Positions 40,855 through 50,033 of a stretch of DNA of 64,000 bases are shown here, piece by piece. Origin of the DNA: a virus; the IMG/VR virus record IMGVR_UViG_3300028045_001344, positions 87,554 through 151,553 of that record; one strand, given 5' to 3'. Numbering within the stretch: the stretch's first letter is position 1; each line of letters opens with the position of its first letter. The position numbers and the translations under genes are program-made. The notes under the pieces were generated by a model, which had not been told where the DNA came from, searched no databases, and worked only from the letters and a program-made list of their open reading frames with translations.

Positions 40855-41565
40855 TTAAGTGTTTTTTGTAATGAAATTTTCTAATTGTTCAACCGACATT
40901 TCCAAACTTAATTCATTTGTATCAATTACTAAATCAGGGCATTCAGGTTCTTCGAACGGATCTGAAATGCCTGTAAAATTTTGTATCTCACCCGATAATG
41001 CTTTGGCGTATAATCCTTTGACATCACGTTCAATGCATTTCTCTACAGGACATTTTATGAAAACAGTTAGTGCTCCGCAAGTTTTCTCAAGTTCTTCTCT
41101 TAGATCCTCATAGGGATTGATTGCCGACATAATTGTAACAACATTATTACGCGAAAGAACTTTCCCAACAAAACCCAATCTTCGAATATTAGTATTTCGG
41201 TCTTCTTTCGAAAATCCCAAATCCTTACATAAACCTTCCCGATATTCATCCCCATCAATAATCTCTACCTTGAATCCCTTTGTCTTTAATTTTTTTTCAA
41301 CTGCCCGAGCAAGAGTTGTTTTTCCGGCTCCCGACAATCCTGTCATTTGTATAAACATACCTTTTGTTTTACCCCACTTAATAAAATTCCATAATCGTTC
41401 ATGAAGAAAGAACATAAACACCTGAATAGTATTATAGCATAAAGCTATCAAACTTGTAGATTTAATATTACCTGTAGTTATAAAGGCAACCGCGACTAGA
41501 ATAATAATGGCAATCAAACGCCATGTTATTGCTTTCCAAAAGCTTCTTTGTCTTGAATCAATCAC
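40855..41565 (-). CDS. cysC: Adenylyl-sulfate (APS) kinase with an N-terminal DUF2061-like membrane domain
   Basis: TGLSGAGKTT, DGDEYR, LGFSKEDR..NIRR, RDVKGLY, FTGISDPFEEP. N-terminal RSFWKAITWR..HERLW..IKWG. Confidence 0.92.
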   Translation of the reverse strand: MIDSRQRSFWKAITWRLIAIIILVAVAFITTGNIKSTSLIALCYNTIQVFMFFLHERLWNFIKWGKTKGMFIQMTGLSGAGKTTLARAVEKKLKTKGFKVEIIDGDEYREGLCKDLGFSKEDRNTNIRRLGFVGKVLSRNNVVTIMSAINPYEDLREELEKTCGALTVFIKCPVEKCIERDVKGLYAKALSGEIQNFTGISDPFEEPECPDLVIDTNELSLEMSVEQLENFITKNT

Positions 41566-41589
41566 TCAACAATTTCCTATAATCCTTAG

Positions 41590-42618
41590 TTACTTAATCG
41601 CATAATATTTCATAAAAAAGCCCATCATTTTTTCGACACATTCTTTGCTCAAATGTCTCCCATCAGGACTATATCCCCCATTCTCCATCACAGGAGAAAA
41701 AATTTCTTTTACAATATCATAGGAAGGAAAATACCAAAGATCATTTCTATTGTGGCCGTCGGCTTCACGGAAAAATTCATCAACTGAGCCTCGCAAAATT
41801 GATTTTGTTACTTGACTTGCCGTCAAGCACGAAACAGGTCTGAAAGTTGCGTTTAAAGGAACAGGAGAGATAGTAAAAACTACTTGTGCATCTGGATTAT
41901 GTTTCTTTATCAAATTAAATATTTTATGAAAATTTTCTTTGTTTTCCGCAAAAGAAGATACACGGCATCCATGTATTTTTTCGTCATATTGACCGTCAGG
42001 TATCGCTCGCCAAAAAACATCATTAGTTTCCTTATTATACCAAACTTCACCCACTCCCACAGTTATTACAAATACATTGGTTTCTTTAAGTTCCTTTTCC
42101 ATAAAAACTCGCAACTTTTCGGTCTTTTTTATTACTGTGGCGTCTTCGCGGTGCCAAGTTTGCTCATAAAAAGTTTTATTTTCAAATACCCATTCGAAAA
42201 GTTGGCGAACAGCAAATGTACTATTGACCCCGGCGCGGAAGACCACATTATCTGTAAGCTTAAATCCCTGCTTCACCATATATTGTCTAATCTCCCAAGC
42301 AAAACAACTTCCGAAAGTTGTTACGACTGTTTCTTTTTCAATAAAAGGCTCATCTGGAATCCAGCCGCGAAACAAAATGTTTTGGTATTGTTTTTCATTA
42401 TGTAAGGTTTCCATGTTTCCTGGGTAAAATTCCCAAGTCCCTTTCGCCCAACGCCTGGGCGTCAAATGACCAAGAAGATGAGCCCCATCATCCTCATTTT
42501 CTTTTACAAATGTCGCATTTGAGAGATTTGCTCTTAATTTCTGGGGGTTTGTTGGCAGTAGGCTCGAACTACCCGTCACGTTTGTCGCGTGAGCTAATGA
42601 TCGTTTTTTCTTTTTCAT
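41590..42618 (-). CDS. GSCFA-domain protein (SGNH-like)
   Basis: TFGSCFA, ITVG..EVW, FTISPVPL.AT, YFPSYD, DGRH. ATG 42618 has RBS AAGGAG; the ORF track starts at 42726. Confidence 0.8.
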   Translation of the reverse strand: MKKKKRSLAHATNVTGSSSLLPTNPQKLRANLSNATFVKENEDDGAHLLGHLTPRRWAKGTWEFYPGNMETLHNEKQYQNILFRGWIPDEPFIEKETVVTTFGSCFAWEIRQYMVKQGFKLTDNVVFRAGVNSTFAVRQLFEWVFENKTFYEQTWHREDATVIKKTEKLRVFMEKELKETNVFVITVGVGEVWYNKETNDVFWRAIPDGQYDEKIHGCRVSSFAENKENFHKIFNLIKKHNPDAQVVFTISPVPLNATFRPVSCLTASQVTKSILRGSVDEFFREADGHNRNDLWYFPSYDIVKEIFSPVMENGGYSPDGRHLSKECVEKMMGFFMKYYAIK

Positions 42619-42838
42619 AAGCGCTTGACTCCTTTTTAAAAAACTGGGGGCGACGAACACATCGGGGTTCGCCTCTTGATAAAACAAGTCCAGCTTTGAT
42701 GAACTGATTAACATATATATCACCAACTTGTGAGTATTTATCTAGCCAATTCATCCTCTTCCCCCCGGAAAATAATTTGAATGAGTCTGGTAGAGACAGT
42801 AAAGTTTATTATCGGACATTGTTTCCTTGCGCGAAGCC

Positions 42839-43648
42839 TCATTTCTGCAACTTGTTTTTAATAACATACAAATCATGGAAGTCACATAATCCTTTTCGAT
42901 AATATTTCACGAGATCTCCGCAACCGCTTTGTCTGACAAAGTTGGAAACAAATTCTCTTGAAACAAAGGTGCTACCATAATAATCTCCTTTAAGGCGACC
43001 TTTTGTTTCGTTCCTTTTTGCGAAAAGAAACCCCGCTTCCGTGAAATCAAAATTGGTGCGGTCTTCGGCTGGTCGAAGGTGCAAACCATGAGTTGAAAAC
43101 ACTAAAGTTCCATTAGGGCTTAACAACGAGTAAATCTTTTTATACCATTGTTTCCAGTGTTCAAGCGAAAGGTGTGTAAACAAAGAACAGACAAAAATTG
43201 TATCGTATTTTTCGTCATGTTTTAGATCATCGGCTAGTTTAGTGGAATAAAACCCCTTCACACCAAAACTTTTAATATTAAAATCTACTGCCATAGGATC
43301 AATATCGGAAACTGTAACTTTGTTTTCCCAACCAAATTTTTTAGTTAAAAAACGAGTACACCTACCATAGCCTGATGCAAAATCAAGCACAGTTCCGTCA
43401 CCCCACCAAGGAGCCCCCGGTTTTTGCGCATTAACAAGAGCCATTACCAATGAATCTAATATCCTTTCCCCAATTCGAAAATATGTCATAAATGCGTCTT
43501 CGTCAGATACTTTCCCGCGACCAGAACCATAAAGATACATTTCATCTTTATGATTTATACTAAGAACCACATTACCTTTATAATCTCCCTTAAGTGAGTT
43601 TAATATTTTTTTTCTTAAATCTTCTTTAATATCTACAACGCTTTTCAT
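42839..43648 (-). CDS. Class I SAM-dependent methyltransferase
   Basis: VLDFASGYGR, SDID, YDTIFVCSLFTHL, LSPNGTLVFSTHG. Confidence 0.88.
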   Translation of the reverse strand: MKSVVDIKEDLRKKILNSLKGDYKGNVVLSINHKDEMYLYGSGRGKVSDEDAFMTYFRIGERILDSLVMALVNAQKPGAPWWGDGTVLDFASGYGRCTRFLTKKFGWENKVTVSDIDPMAVDFNIKSFGVKGFYSTKLADDLKHDEKYDTIFVCSLFTHLSLEHWKQWYKKIYSLLSPNGTLVFSTHGLHLRPAEDRTNFDFTEAGFLFAKRNETKGRLKGDYYGSTFVSREFVSNFVRQSGCGDLVKYYRKGLCDFHDLYVIKNKLQK

Positions 43649-43672
43649 TATTTACTCTTTCCTTGTTTTTAT

Positions 43673-43702
43673 ATTATAGCGCATTTATGCCAATAACCTC
43701 AA
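43673..43702 (-). promoter_or_regulatory. Possible sigma70-type promoter
   Basis: TTGAGG-N18-TATAAT upstream of ATG 43648. Confidence 0.35.
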
Positions 43703-44398
43703 TCATACAAAACTTGTATCCTTTGGAACCTGTGCGTATACTGTACTTCTCGTTGTTTGTGTAATATTCTCGCTTCTATCTTTTGCTATATCATAAATAG
43801 TTCGGCGATTATTTCCCACATGCACCACACCTCTTTTATCACTCAATATTTCCTCTAAAACTTTTGGCGCAATTATATCCACATAATCTTTTGAACTCCA
43901 CTGGTCCACAAACGCAGCTTCATAAGGAAAGTCGTAACCAAAAAAACTTGTCCTAATGACTAAACTATTTTCATAAGTTCTTACCAGCAATTCGGCTGCG
44001 GCTTTTGTCTTTGCGTACTTTGACAACGGATTAATTGGGTCATCAGTTGTGTAGTTTCCCTTCTCTCCGTCAAAGACGTAATCAGTTGATATAAAGACTA
44101 GCTTTTTTCCCAAATCTCTACAACTTTTCAAGACATTCAGTGTCCCTAATACATTCACTTCCCAAGCTCGTGAAGGATCGTTTTCTGTGGCTTTTACATC
44201 GGTAATTGCGGCAGAGTGAACTACTGTATCACAATCGCGCGAAGCCTTGATATAATTGTGAATTTGATAAGGATTTGTTATATCACAATATTTAGATGCT
44301 GGTGCTATAAACTCTACATCATGGGCTTTGGATATTTTTATTAGCTCGGTGCCCAGTGTTCCCGAACCTCCTGTAAGGAATATTTTTTTTAAAACCAT
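43703..44398 (-). CDS. rmlD: NDP-4-dehydrorhamnose reductase
   Basis: TGGSGTLG, HSAAITDV, ISTDYVFDG, YAKTK; follows rmlC-rmlB; start set at ATG 44398. Confidence 0.88.
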   Translation of the reverse strand: MVLKKIFLTGGSGTLGTELIKISKAHDVEFIAPASKYCDITNPYQIHNYIKASRDCDTVVHSAAITDVKATENDPSRAWEVNVLGTLNVLKSCRDLGKKLVFISTDYVFDGEKGNYTTDDPINPLSKYAKTKAAAELLVRTYENSLVIRTSFFGYDFPYEAAFVDQWSSKDYVDIIAPKVLEEILSDKRGVVHVGNNRRTIYDIAKDRSENITQTTRSTVYAQVPKDTSFV

Positions 44399-45279
44399 TT
44401 GTATATCCCTTTGAAATGTTTTGGTTCCCACCCGATCTTTCTTATTTTTTTAGAACTCACAGAATAACGCAAATCTTGACCCCAACGATTATCTACAAAC
44501 TTAACCGACCGTCGATCTTTTTCTTTCCACTTTAGCATTGTATCCACAACTTCTAGATTGGTCATGTGGTTTTCGGCTGCAATATTATAGGTTTGGTTTT
44601 TGATGCCAGCCTCGATGATATGAAATAATGCCTCCACATTGTCTTTGACATATGTCCAGTCGCGAACATAAGAGCCATCGCCGTGAACTGGGATTTGCTT
44701 TCCACTTTGTAGAGAACTCAAACACTTGGGAATTAGTTTTTCTTCATATTGGCGAGGACCATAGTTATTCGCGCTCCTGGTTATAACATATTCCAAACCA
44801 AAAGTTCTATAATATGATAATACTAACATTTCCGCTGCGGCTTTGGTTGCTGAATATGGGTTTGATGGAGTTAATTTATCTTCTTCAGTAAAAGAGCCTT
44901 CCAAACGATCACCATATACTTCATCTGTGCTGATTTGAAAAAACAAAGGTCGATCATATTCTGGCTTTCCGCGAACAAGTTCTAAAAGATTATGAACTCC
45001 TAAAATATTGCTTTTGACAAAAGGACTTGTATCACGGATCGAATTATCGACATGACTTTCAGCCGCAAAATTAATAATTACATCGCATGATGGAAGATGC
45101 TTTAGTTCGGATATATCTTCTTGAATAAGGGTATAATTTTTGTCTGAATCCCAAGGTAAAGTTTTGTGGGAAGCATAACCCATCTTATCAATGTCGATAA
45201 TGGCAATATTTCGTTCTAGCGCGGCTTCAACAAAATGCGAGCCAATAAACCCCCGACCGCCTGTTATAATAAACTTCAT
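44389..45279 (-). CDS. rmlB: dTDP-glucose 4,6-dehydratase
   Basis: TGGRGFIGSH, FAAESHVDNSI, STDEVYG, PYSATKA, NNYGPRQ, RDW.YV.D. Confidence 0.93.
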   Translation of the reverse strand: MKFIITGGRGFIGSHFVEAALERNIAIIDIDKMGYASHKTLPWDSDKNYTLIQEDISELKHLPSCDVIINFAAESHVDNSIRDTSPFVKSNILGVHNLLELVRGKPEYDRPLFFQISTDEVYGDRLEGSFTEEDKLTPSNPYSATKAAAEMLVLSYYRTFGLEYVITRSANNYGPRQYEEKLIPKCLSSLQSGKQIPVHGDGSYVRDWTYVKDNVEALFHIIEAGIKNQTYNIAAENHMTNLEVVDTMLKWKEKDRRSVKFVDNRWGQDLRYSVSSKKIRKIGWEPKHFKGIYKWF

Positions 45280-45809
45280 ACTTCCTCATAAAAGAATTTA
45301 GGATCACTTGAATATTCTCTAAATGACTGTGCTCCTAAATCTTTCTCACTAAGTATAGCACTTCTCTCATCAGTTTTTAATTTAATTTTAAGGTCGGGAT
45401 CTTTTATGCTGATTGCTGATTCACCATCTTTGCTATAATAAGAAGAACATTTATACATTACGTGTGAATCTTCAAGTGCCTCAAAACCATGAGCATAGCC
45501 TGGTGGAACCCACAACACGTTTTTATTTTCCTCGGATAATTCGAACTTCCAACACTCACCATATGAAGGGGAGTTATATCGAATGTCCACAATATAATCT
45601 ATTATCTTTCCTGATATTGTTTGCACAAGCTTTCCCATTGGTTTGTCCCACTGGTAATGTAATCCGCGAACGACGCCTTTGTGGGAATAAGAAACATTGT
45701 CTTGATAAAATGTTTCTCCAACAAAAAGATGTTCACGATGAGAAAAGGATTCATAAAAATATCCCCGATTATCGGGATAAGGTTTGTTGGTGAATAATCT
45801 ATAGTTCAT
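45276..45809 (-). CDS. rmlC: dTDP-4-dehydrorhamnose 3,5-epimerase
   Basis: DNRGYFYE, QDNVSYS..GVVRGLHYQ, VDIR..SP, WVPPGYAHGF. Confidence 0.93.
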   Translation of the reverse strand: MNYRLFTNKPYPDNRGYFYESFSHREHLFVGETFYQDNVSYSHKGVVRGLHYQWDKPMGKLVQTISGKIIDYIVDIRYNSPSYGECWKFELSEENKNVLWVPPGYAHGFEALEDSHVMYKCSSYYSKDGESAISIKDPDLKIKLKTDERSAILSEKDLGAQSFREYSSDPKFFYEEV

Positions 45810-45833
45810 GATTATTTTCTCTTTTATTTATCC

Positions 45834-46625
45834 CTAACATAAAATAGCCTTACAAACAGGCGTTGCCTTTTTTTGGCTTTTTTCTAAATCACCATTTGTT
45901 TTTACATACTCTTCATAATCTACAAAAATTTCCGCCCTTTCGGGTCGTATCAGCGGAGGATGACACGGAAAACTCACAAAGCTTTCCCACGTCTCAAACT
46001 CAGGAGATATATTGTCAGTTCCATCATCTAATAAATCACTTCTTATAAAAAAAACATCTAGAGTCTTGATCATGGCGACAATAGAATACCCATGTTTATC
46101 ACCCACCATTTTCAATGCTTTTAAGGAAGCTCCATAGCCCCGATCAAATTCCCATCGTTCATTCGGATCATTTGGAAAAGTTATAGCCACATCCAATGGG
46201 TAATTAGCATTATATTCCACACTCACAACTCTCGGTCTATATTCTTCCAAAACCGCCTTAAATAACCACAAATCGGTAGAATCAACATCAATGCTAACAT
46301 AATCGGGTTCGGTAGGAACTTTATACTTTTTAAAAAGTTTACAGATATTGTCTGAAGTAAGATAGTGTTTATGTAAATTAATTTTTATATTTTCATTGGC
46401 TCCATCCAAAAGCAAACACTTCCATCCTTTATTCAAGACAAGACTGGCAACATTAGGGCCCGTTCCTCCAAGAAATTCGGTATTATTAAAACCAAACTCA
46501 ACACAAAAGGGTGGACTATTTTTGGTTCCTATGTTCTCAAAAATAGTTTCCAAAATACCGTCTTGACCTCCCTGAGAATGTACCTTACGAGCGTGGTTGC
46601 TCAAATTTACTAACCACTTTTTCAT
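45834..46625 (-). CDS. FkbM-like methyltransferase-fold protein
   Basis: SQGGQDGI, VEFG, SIDVDSTD.W, PRVVSVEYN. Confidence 0.65.
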   Translation of the reverse strand: MKKWLVNLSNHARKVHSQGGQDGILETIFENIGTKNSPPFCVEFGFNNTEFLGGTGPNVASLVLNKGWKCLLLDGANENIKINLHKHYLTSDNICKLFKKYKVPTEPDYVSIDVDSTDLWLFKAVLEEYRPRVVSVEYNANYPLDVAITFPNDPNERWEFDRGYGASLKALKMVGDKHGYSIVAMIKTLDVFFIRSDLLDDGTDNISPEFETWESFVSFPCHPPLIRPERAEIFVDYEEYVKTNGDLEKSQKKATPVCKAILC

Positions 46626-46638
46626 TTAATATTCTCCT

Positions 46639-47625
46639 TTATCCTTCCCTAATCGAGTGGTCTGCACTCAAAAATTTATAATCTGCCCGAAACATCATTT
46701 CGCAAAGCTGTTCGAAATGGATTTCTGGCTTCCACTTTAAAATCGTTTTGGCTTTGGAATTGTCGCCTAGAAGTAACGGGACTTCGTGGGGTCTAAAAAG
46801 CCTTTCATCTATTTCCACAAACTTATCAGGATTTAATCCAGCATGTGAAAAAACACATTCTAAAAAATCCCTAACCGTATGAGTTTCGCCAGTGGCAATT
46901 ACATAATCATCGGGGATCTCTTGTTGAAGCATTTTCCACATAGCTTTTACATAATCTCCTGCAAATCCCCAGTCGCGTTTTGCATCCAAATTTCCGAGAA
47001 ACAATTTATCTTGAAGTCCAAGTTTGATGTTCGCGGCAGCTAATGTAATTTTTCGTGTGACGAATGTTTCCCCACGCATTGGAGATTCATGATTAAAAAG
47101 AATTCCGCTGGACGCATGGATGCCATAACTTTTTCTATAATTTCTTATTAAATTATGTGCAAAAGTTTTCGCACAAGCATAAGGTGACGCGGGCATAAAT
47201 TTTGATTCTTCATTAAGGGGAATGTTGGGATTATCTCCAAACATTTCGGACGAAGATGCTTGATAAAATCTCGCGTGAGGACAAACGGTTTTCATAGCAT
47301 TGAGCATTCTTAAAGTTCCCATCGCAATTCCATCAACTGTGTGTTCGGGAAGGTCAAACGAAACTCTAACGTGTGATTGAGCCGCCAGATTATATATTTC
47401 GTCGGGTTGAATTTTGATCAATAAATCCCAAATTGCAGATGTGTCATTCAGGTCAAAATACAATAACTTAAAATTTTTGTGTGTAAGAACACTGTCCACT
47501 CTATCCGTACTAATAAGAGAAGAACGTCTTTTGAACCCATACACTTCATAATCCTTTTCTAATAAAAGTCGCGAAAGATACGCACCGTCTTGACCCGTAA
47601 CGCCGGTTATTATCGCCTTCTTCAT
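46639..47625 (-). CDS. gmd: GDP-mannose 4,6-dehydratase
   Basis: ITGVTGQDGAYL, YNLAAQSHV, QASSSEMFG, FNHESP, ETFVTRKIT, RDWG; start ATG 47625. Confidence 0.95.
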   Translation of the reverse strand: MKKAIITGVTGQDGAYLSRLLLEKDYEVYGFKRRSSLISTDRVDSVLTHKNFKLLYFDLNDTSAIWDLLIKIQPDEIYNLAAQSHVRVSFDLPEHTVDGIAMGTLRMLNAMKTVCPHARFYQASSSEMFGDNPNIPLNEESKFMPASPYACAKTFAHNLIRNYRKSYGIHASSGILFNHESPMRGETFVTRKITLAAANIKLGLQDKLFLGNLDAKRDWGFAGDYVKAMWKMLQQEIPDDYVIATGETHTVRDFLECVFSHAGLNPDKFVEIDERLFRPHEVPLLLGDNSKAKTILKWKPEIHFEQLCEMMFRADYKFLSADHSIREG

Positions 47626-48545
47626 TTCACCCCCCGTACATTCGGGTAATTTTTTACGAACCACTTGCAAGTATTTCCTAAAGCTTCTACAAAGGGAGTG
47701 AAGTCGGCTGCCTTCCATCCTAATTTTATTAAATTAGAATTATCCGATGGCTTTCGGTGTTGTCCCACCGGCTGAGTGGTATCCCAAATAATATTTCCGT
47801 CAAACTCCATTATATTTGCAATGATTTCTGCAACTTCTTTCACAGAATATTCCTCTGTGTTTCCAACATTAATTGGTTCGCGAGATTCATGCTTGTCCAA
47901 CAATAATAGCACAATTTTCGCCAAATCTTTAGAATAAGTGAATTCTCTTAAAGCTTTCCCATCCCCCCATAATACCACGTCTTTATTACCTTCTTTTGCA
48001 TCATAAACTTTGCGTATAATCGCTGGTACAAGATGGGAATTTTCCAAGTCGAAGTTATCATACTCCCCAAATAAATTGTTAGGAATGACAGTAACAAAAT
48101 TACATCCATATTGATCGCGATAAGCTTGAGATTGAATATCTAACATTCGTTTGGCGTGGGCATAAGCATAATTTGACAAATGAGGTGAACCATTGTGAAT
48201 TTGTTCTTCAGTAAGCGGATAAGCCACCTCATCTGGATAAACACATGTACTTAAAAAAGACAAAACTTTTTTAGCTTTGTATTTCCTGGCTGCTTCAAGA
48301 ACGTTGGTATTTATCATAATGTTATCGTAATAAAAAGAACCTAAGTTTTGTGAGTTTGCCTTAACCCCGCCGACCTTTGCAGCCAAATGAATAACTTGAT
48401 CTGGAGATTCAGACATAAAAAGATAATTAGCATCGAGTTGATTTCTTAAATCATACGATTTAGAATCAATAAAAGTCGCATCGGGGATTATTTCTTCTAA
48501 AGCATGACCAATCATGCCACTCCCACCAGTTACTAAAATTTTGAC
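47622..48545 (-). CDS. fcl: GDP-L-fucose synthase; the full-length frame has no canonical start codon
   Basis: IHLAAKVGG, STCVYP, YAHAK, SHLVPAII, WGDG..REF. The Rossmann motif KILVTGGSGMIG begins upstream of the first ATG (48515), after TAA-GTC. Confidence 0.88.
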   Translation of the reverse strand, partial: VKILVTGGSGMIGHALEEIIPDATFIDSKSYDLRNQLDANYLFMSESPDQVIHLAAKVGGVKANSQNLGSFYYDNIMINTNVLEAARKYKAKKVLSFLSTCVYPDEVAYPLTEEQIHNGSPHLSNYAYAHAKRMLDIQSQAYRDQYGCNFVTVIPNNLFGEYDNFDLENSHLVPAIIRKVYDAKEGNKDVVLWGDGKALREFTYSKDLAKIVLLLLDKHESREPINVGNTEEYSVKEVAEIIANIMEFDGNIIWDTTQPVGQHRKPSDNSNLIKLGWKAADFTPFVEALGNTCKWFVKNYPNVRGVK

Positions 48546-49081
48546 TTAACACTCTCTATATTCAAGCTTACCAAAATTCCATTTTCTTTATCCATGTGAG
48601 GAAGATACGCTTGACTAAAGTCATCGACATAAAAGTGGTCTGTCTTCCTCCAATCATATGGACGAATATTTTTAAACCCCGTTTCTTCTAAATCTTTCTG
48701 CATCTCACTATAATCCCAGCACCAAAAGTGATTATTTTCTGGATAATCTTGACCTCCATATAATAAACCGGATATATCTCTGAGGTTTTTTGTTTTTAAA
48801 TAATGTTGTACCAATTTTTCAAAATCTGGGACTGCTATACGGAGGATTCCTCCAGGTTTTAAAATTTCGTGCCATCTCTGTAAAACTTGACGATAGTCCC
48901 ATCGCGAAAAGTGTTCTAAAACATGGCAAGCATAAATAACATCGACTGAGTTTTTTTTGAAAGAACGCAAAAATCGTACATTATCCACCACGTCTACTGA
49001 AGGGAGGAATCTACAATCTACATTGATATATCCTTCAATCTCTTTATTACCGCACCCCAAGTGTAATTTAACTTCTACCAT
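48533..49081 (-). CDS. Class I SAM-dependent methyltransferase (Methyltransf_11-like)
   Basis: KLHLGCG, YINVD, HVLEH, LKPGGILRIAVPD. Confidence 0.88.
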   Translation of the reverse strand: MVEVKLHLGCGNKEIEGYINVDCRFLPSVDVVDNVRFLRSFKKNSVDVIYACHVLEHFSRWDYRQVLQRWHEILKPGGILRIAVPDFEKLVQHYLKTKNLRDISGLLYGGQDYPENNHFWCWDYSEMQKDLEETGFKNIRPYDWRKTDHFYVDDFSQAYLPHMDKENGILVSLNIESVKSKF

Positions 49082-49123
49082 TTTGCCTCCTGAATAAAAT
49101 AACCTATTTTATTATATATTTCT

Positions 49124-50032
49124 TTAGTTATTTGCTTTTGCCAAAATTTGTGCCACTTTAAAAAAACTGCTTCCTGATGAAAAAATATTTAAATTAAGGC
49201 GTGATAAAATTAAACAATCTTGCGCGGCTTCTATTACTGAATCAGTATCTCGCAAAACATTATACTGACTTGACGGAAACTGCCCAGCAGTACCTATCCA
49301 TTTTTGATGAGTATCATATTTTTTTACATAAGATGATTTTTTGTTAACTACAATGTTTTCTTCTCCAAACATTTTTAATATTCGATCTTCGGCAAACTTA
49401 TCATCTGAACAAACGAAAATCTTACGTCCAGAGTTTATAATTTTTCTTATCTTTTCATCAATGTGTTGAAAATTAGGCGTCTTATTAAAATCGGTCATTC
49501 TCAAGTGCAACCCAACTGTATTGTCAAAACGGAGGTTCTTCGTCAAACAAAACTCATCAACATATTTCACAATACTATTTTTAAAATAAACACACTCAAA
49601 AAAAGAAATTATACTATCGAGAGTTACGCTAGGTGAAATGCCGTCTTCTTGATAATAAACTCGTCGATGGTCGGCATTTTCTTCAACCACTTTTATAATT
49701 TGTGATGGCGTCATCCGGTTGCGGTGATAATAAACCTTCTTTTGATTTTTATTTTTAAAGTGTGTGACCGAATGTACTATCCATATGTGTTCATCCCTTT
49801 GAGAGCAAAAATCATTAACATTACCAAGCCAATTAGAAAATTCAATATTATCATTCCTCACCGAGAATAATTCTTCCCAAGGCGTCATGCACCCTGTATC
49901 TAAACTACACCATTCGACAAATAATTTTGCATTTGTTTCTCTTGCAAAATGATAAGCACTGATTAATCCCAAAATCCTATTTCCAAGACCACCGGCCGAC
50001 CAATTTGACAATTTTTTATTTCTACCATTCAT
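49124..50032 (-). CDS. Fucosyltransferase-like GT-B enzyme (GT11/GT23-NodZ/O-FucT motif set)
   Basis: GGLGNR, VGLHLRMTD, IFVCSDD, DCLILS, SSF; near gmd/fcl. Confidence 0.72.
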   Translation of the reverse strand: MNGRNKKLSNWSAGGLGNRILGLISAYHFARETNAKLFVEWCSLDTGCMTPWEELFSVRNDNIEFSNWLGNVNDFCSQRDEHIWIVHSVTHFKNKNQKKVYYHRNRMTPSQIIKVVEENADHRRVYYQEDGISPSVTLDSIISFFECVYFKNSIVKYVDEFCLTKNLRFDNTVGLHLRMTDFNKTPNFQHIDEKIRKIINSGRKIFVCSDDKFAEDRILKMFGEENIVVNKKSSYVKKYDTHQKWIGTAGQFPSSQYNVLRDTDSVIEAAQDCLILSRLNLNIFSSGSSFFKVAQILAKANN

Positions 50033-50033
50033 A

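Noticed and set aside
40855-41565. cysC as an assimilatory sulfur-metabolism auxiliary gene
   Set aside because: No cysH, cysIJ or cysK is in the window, and its neighbours are PAPS-consuming sulfotransferases.
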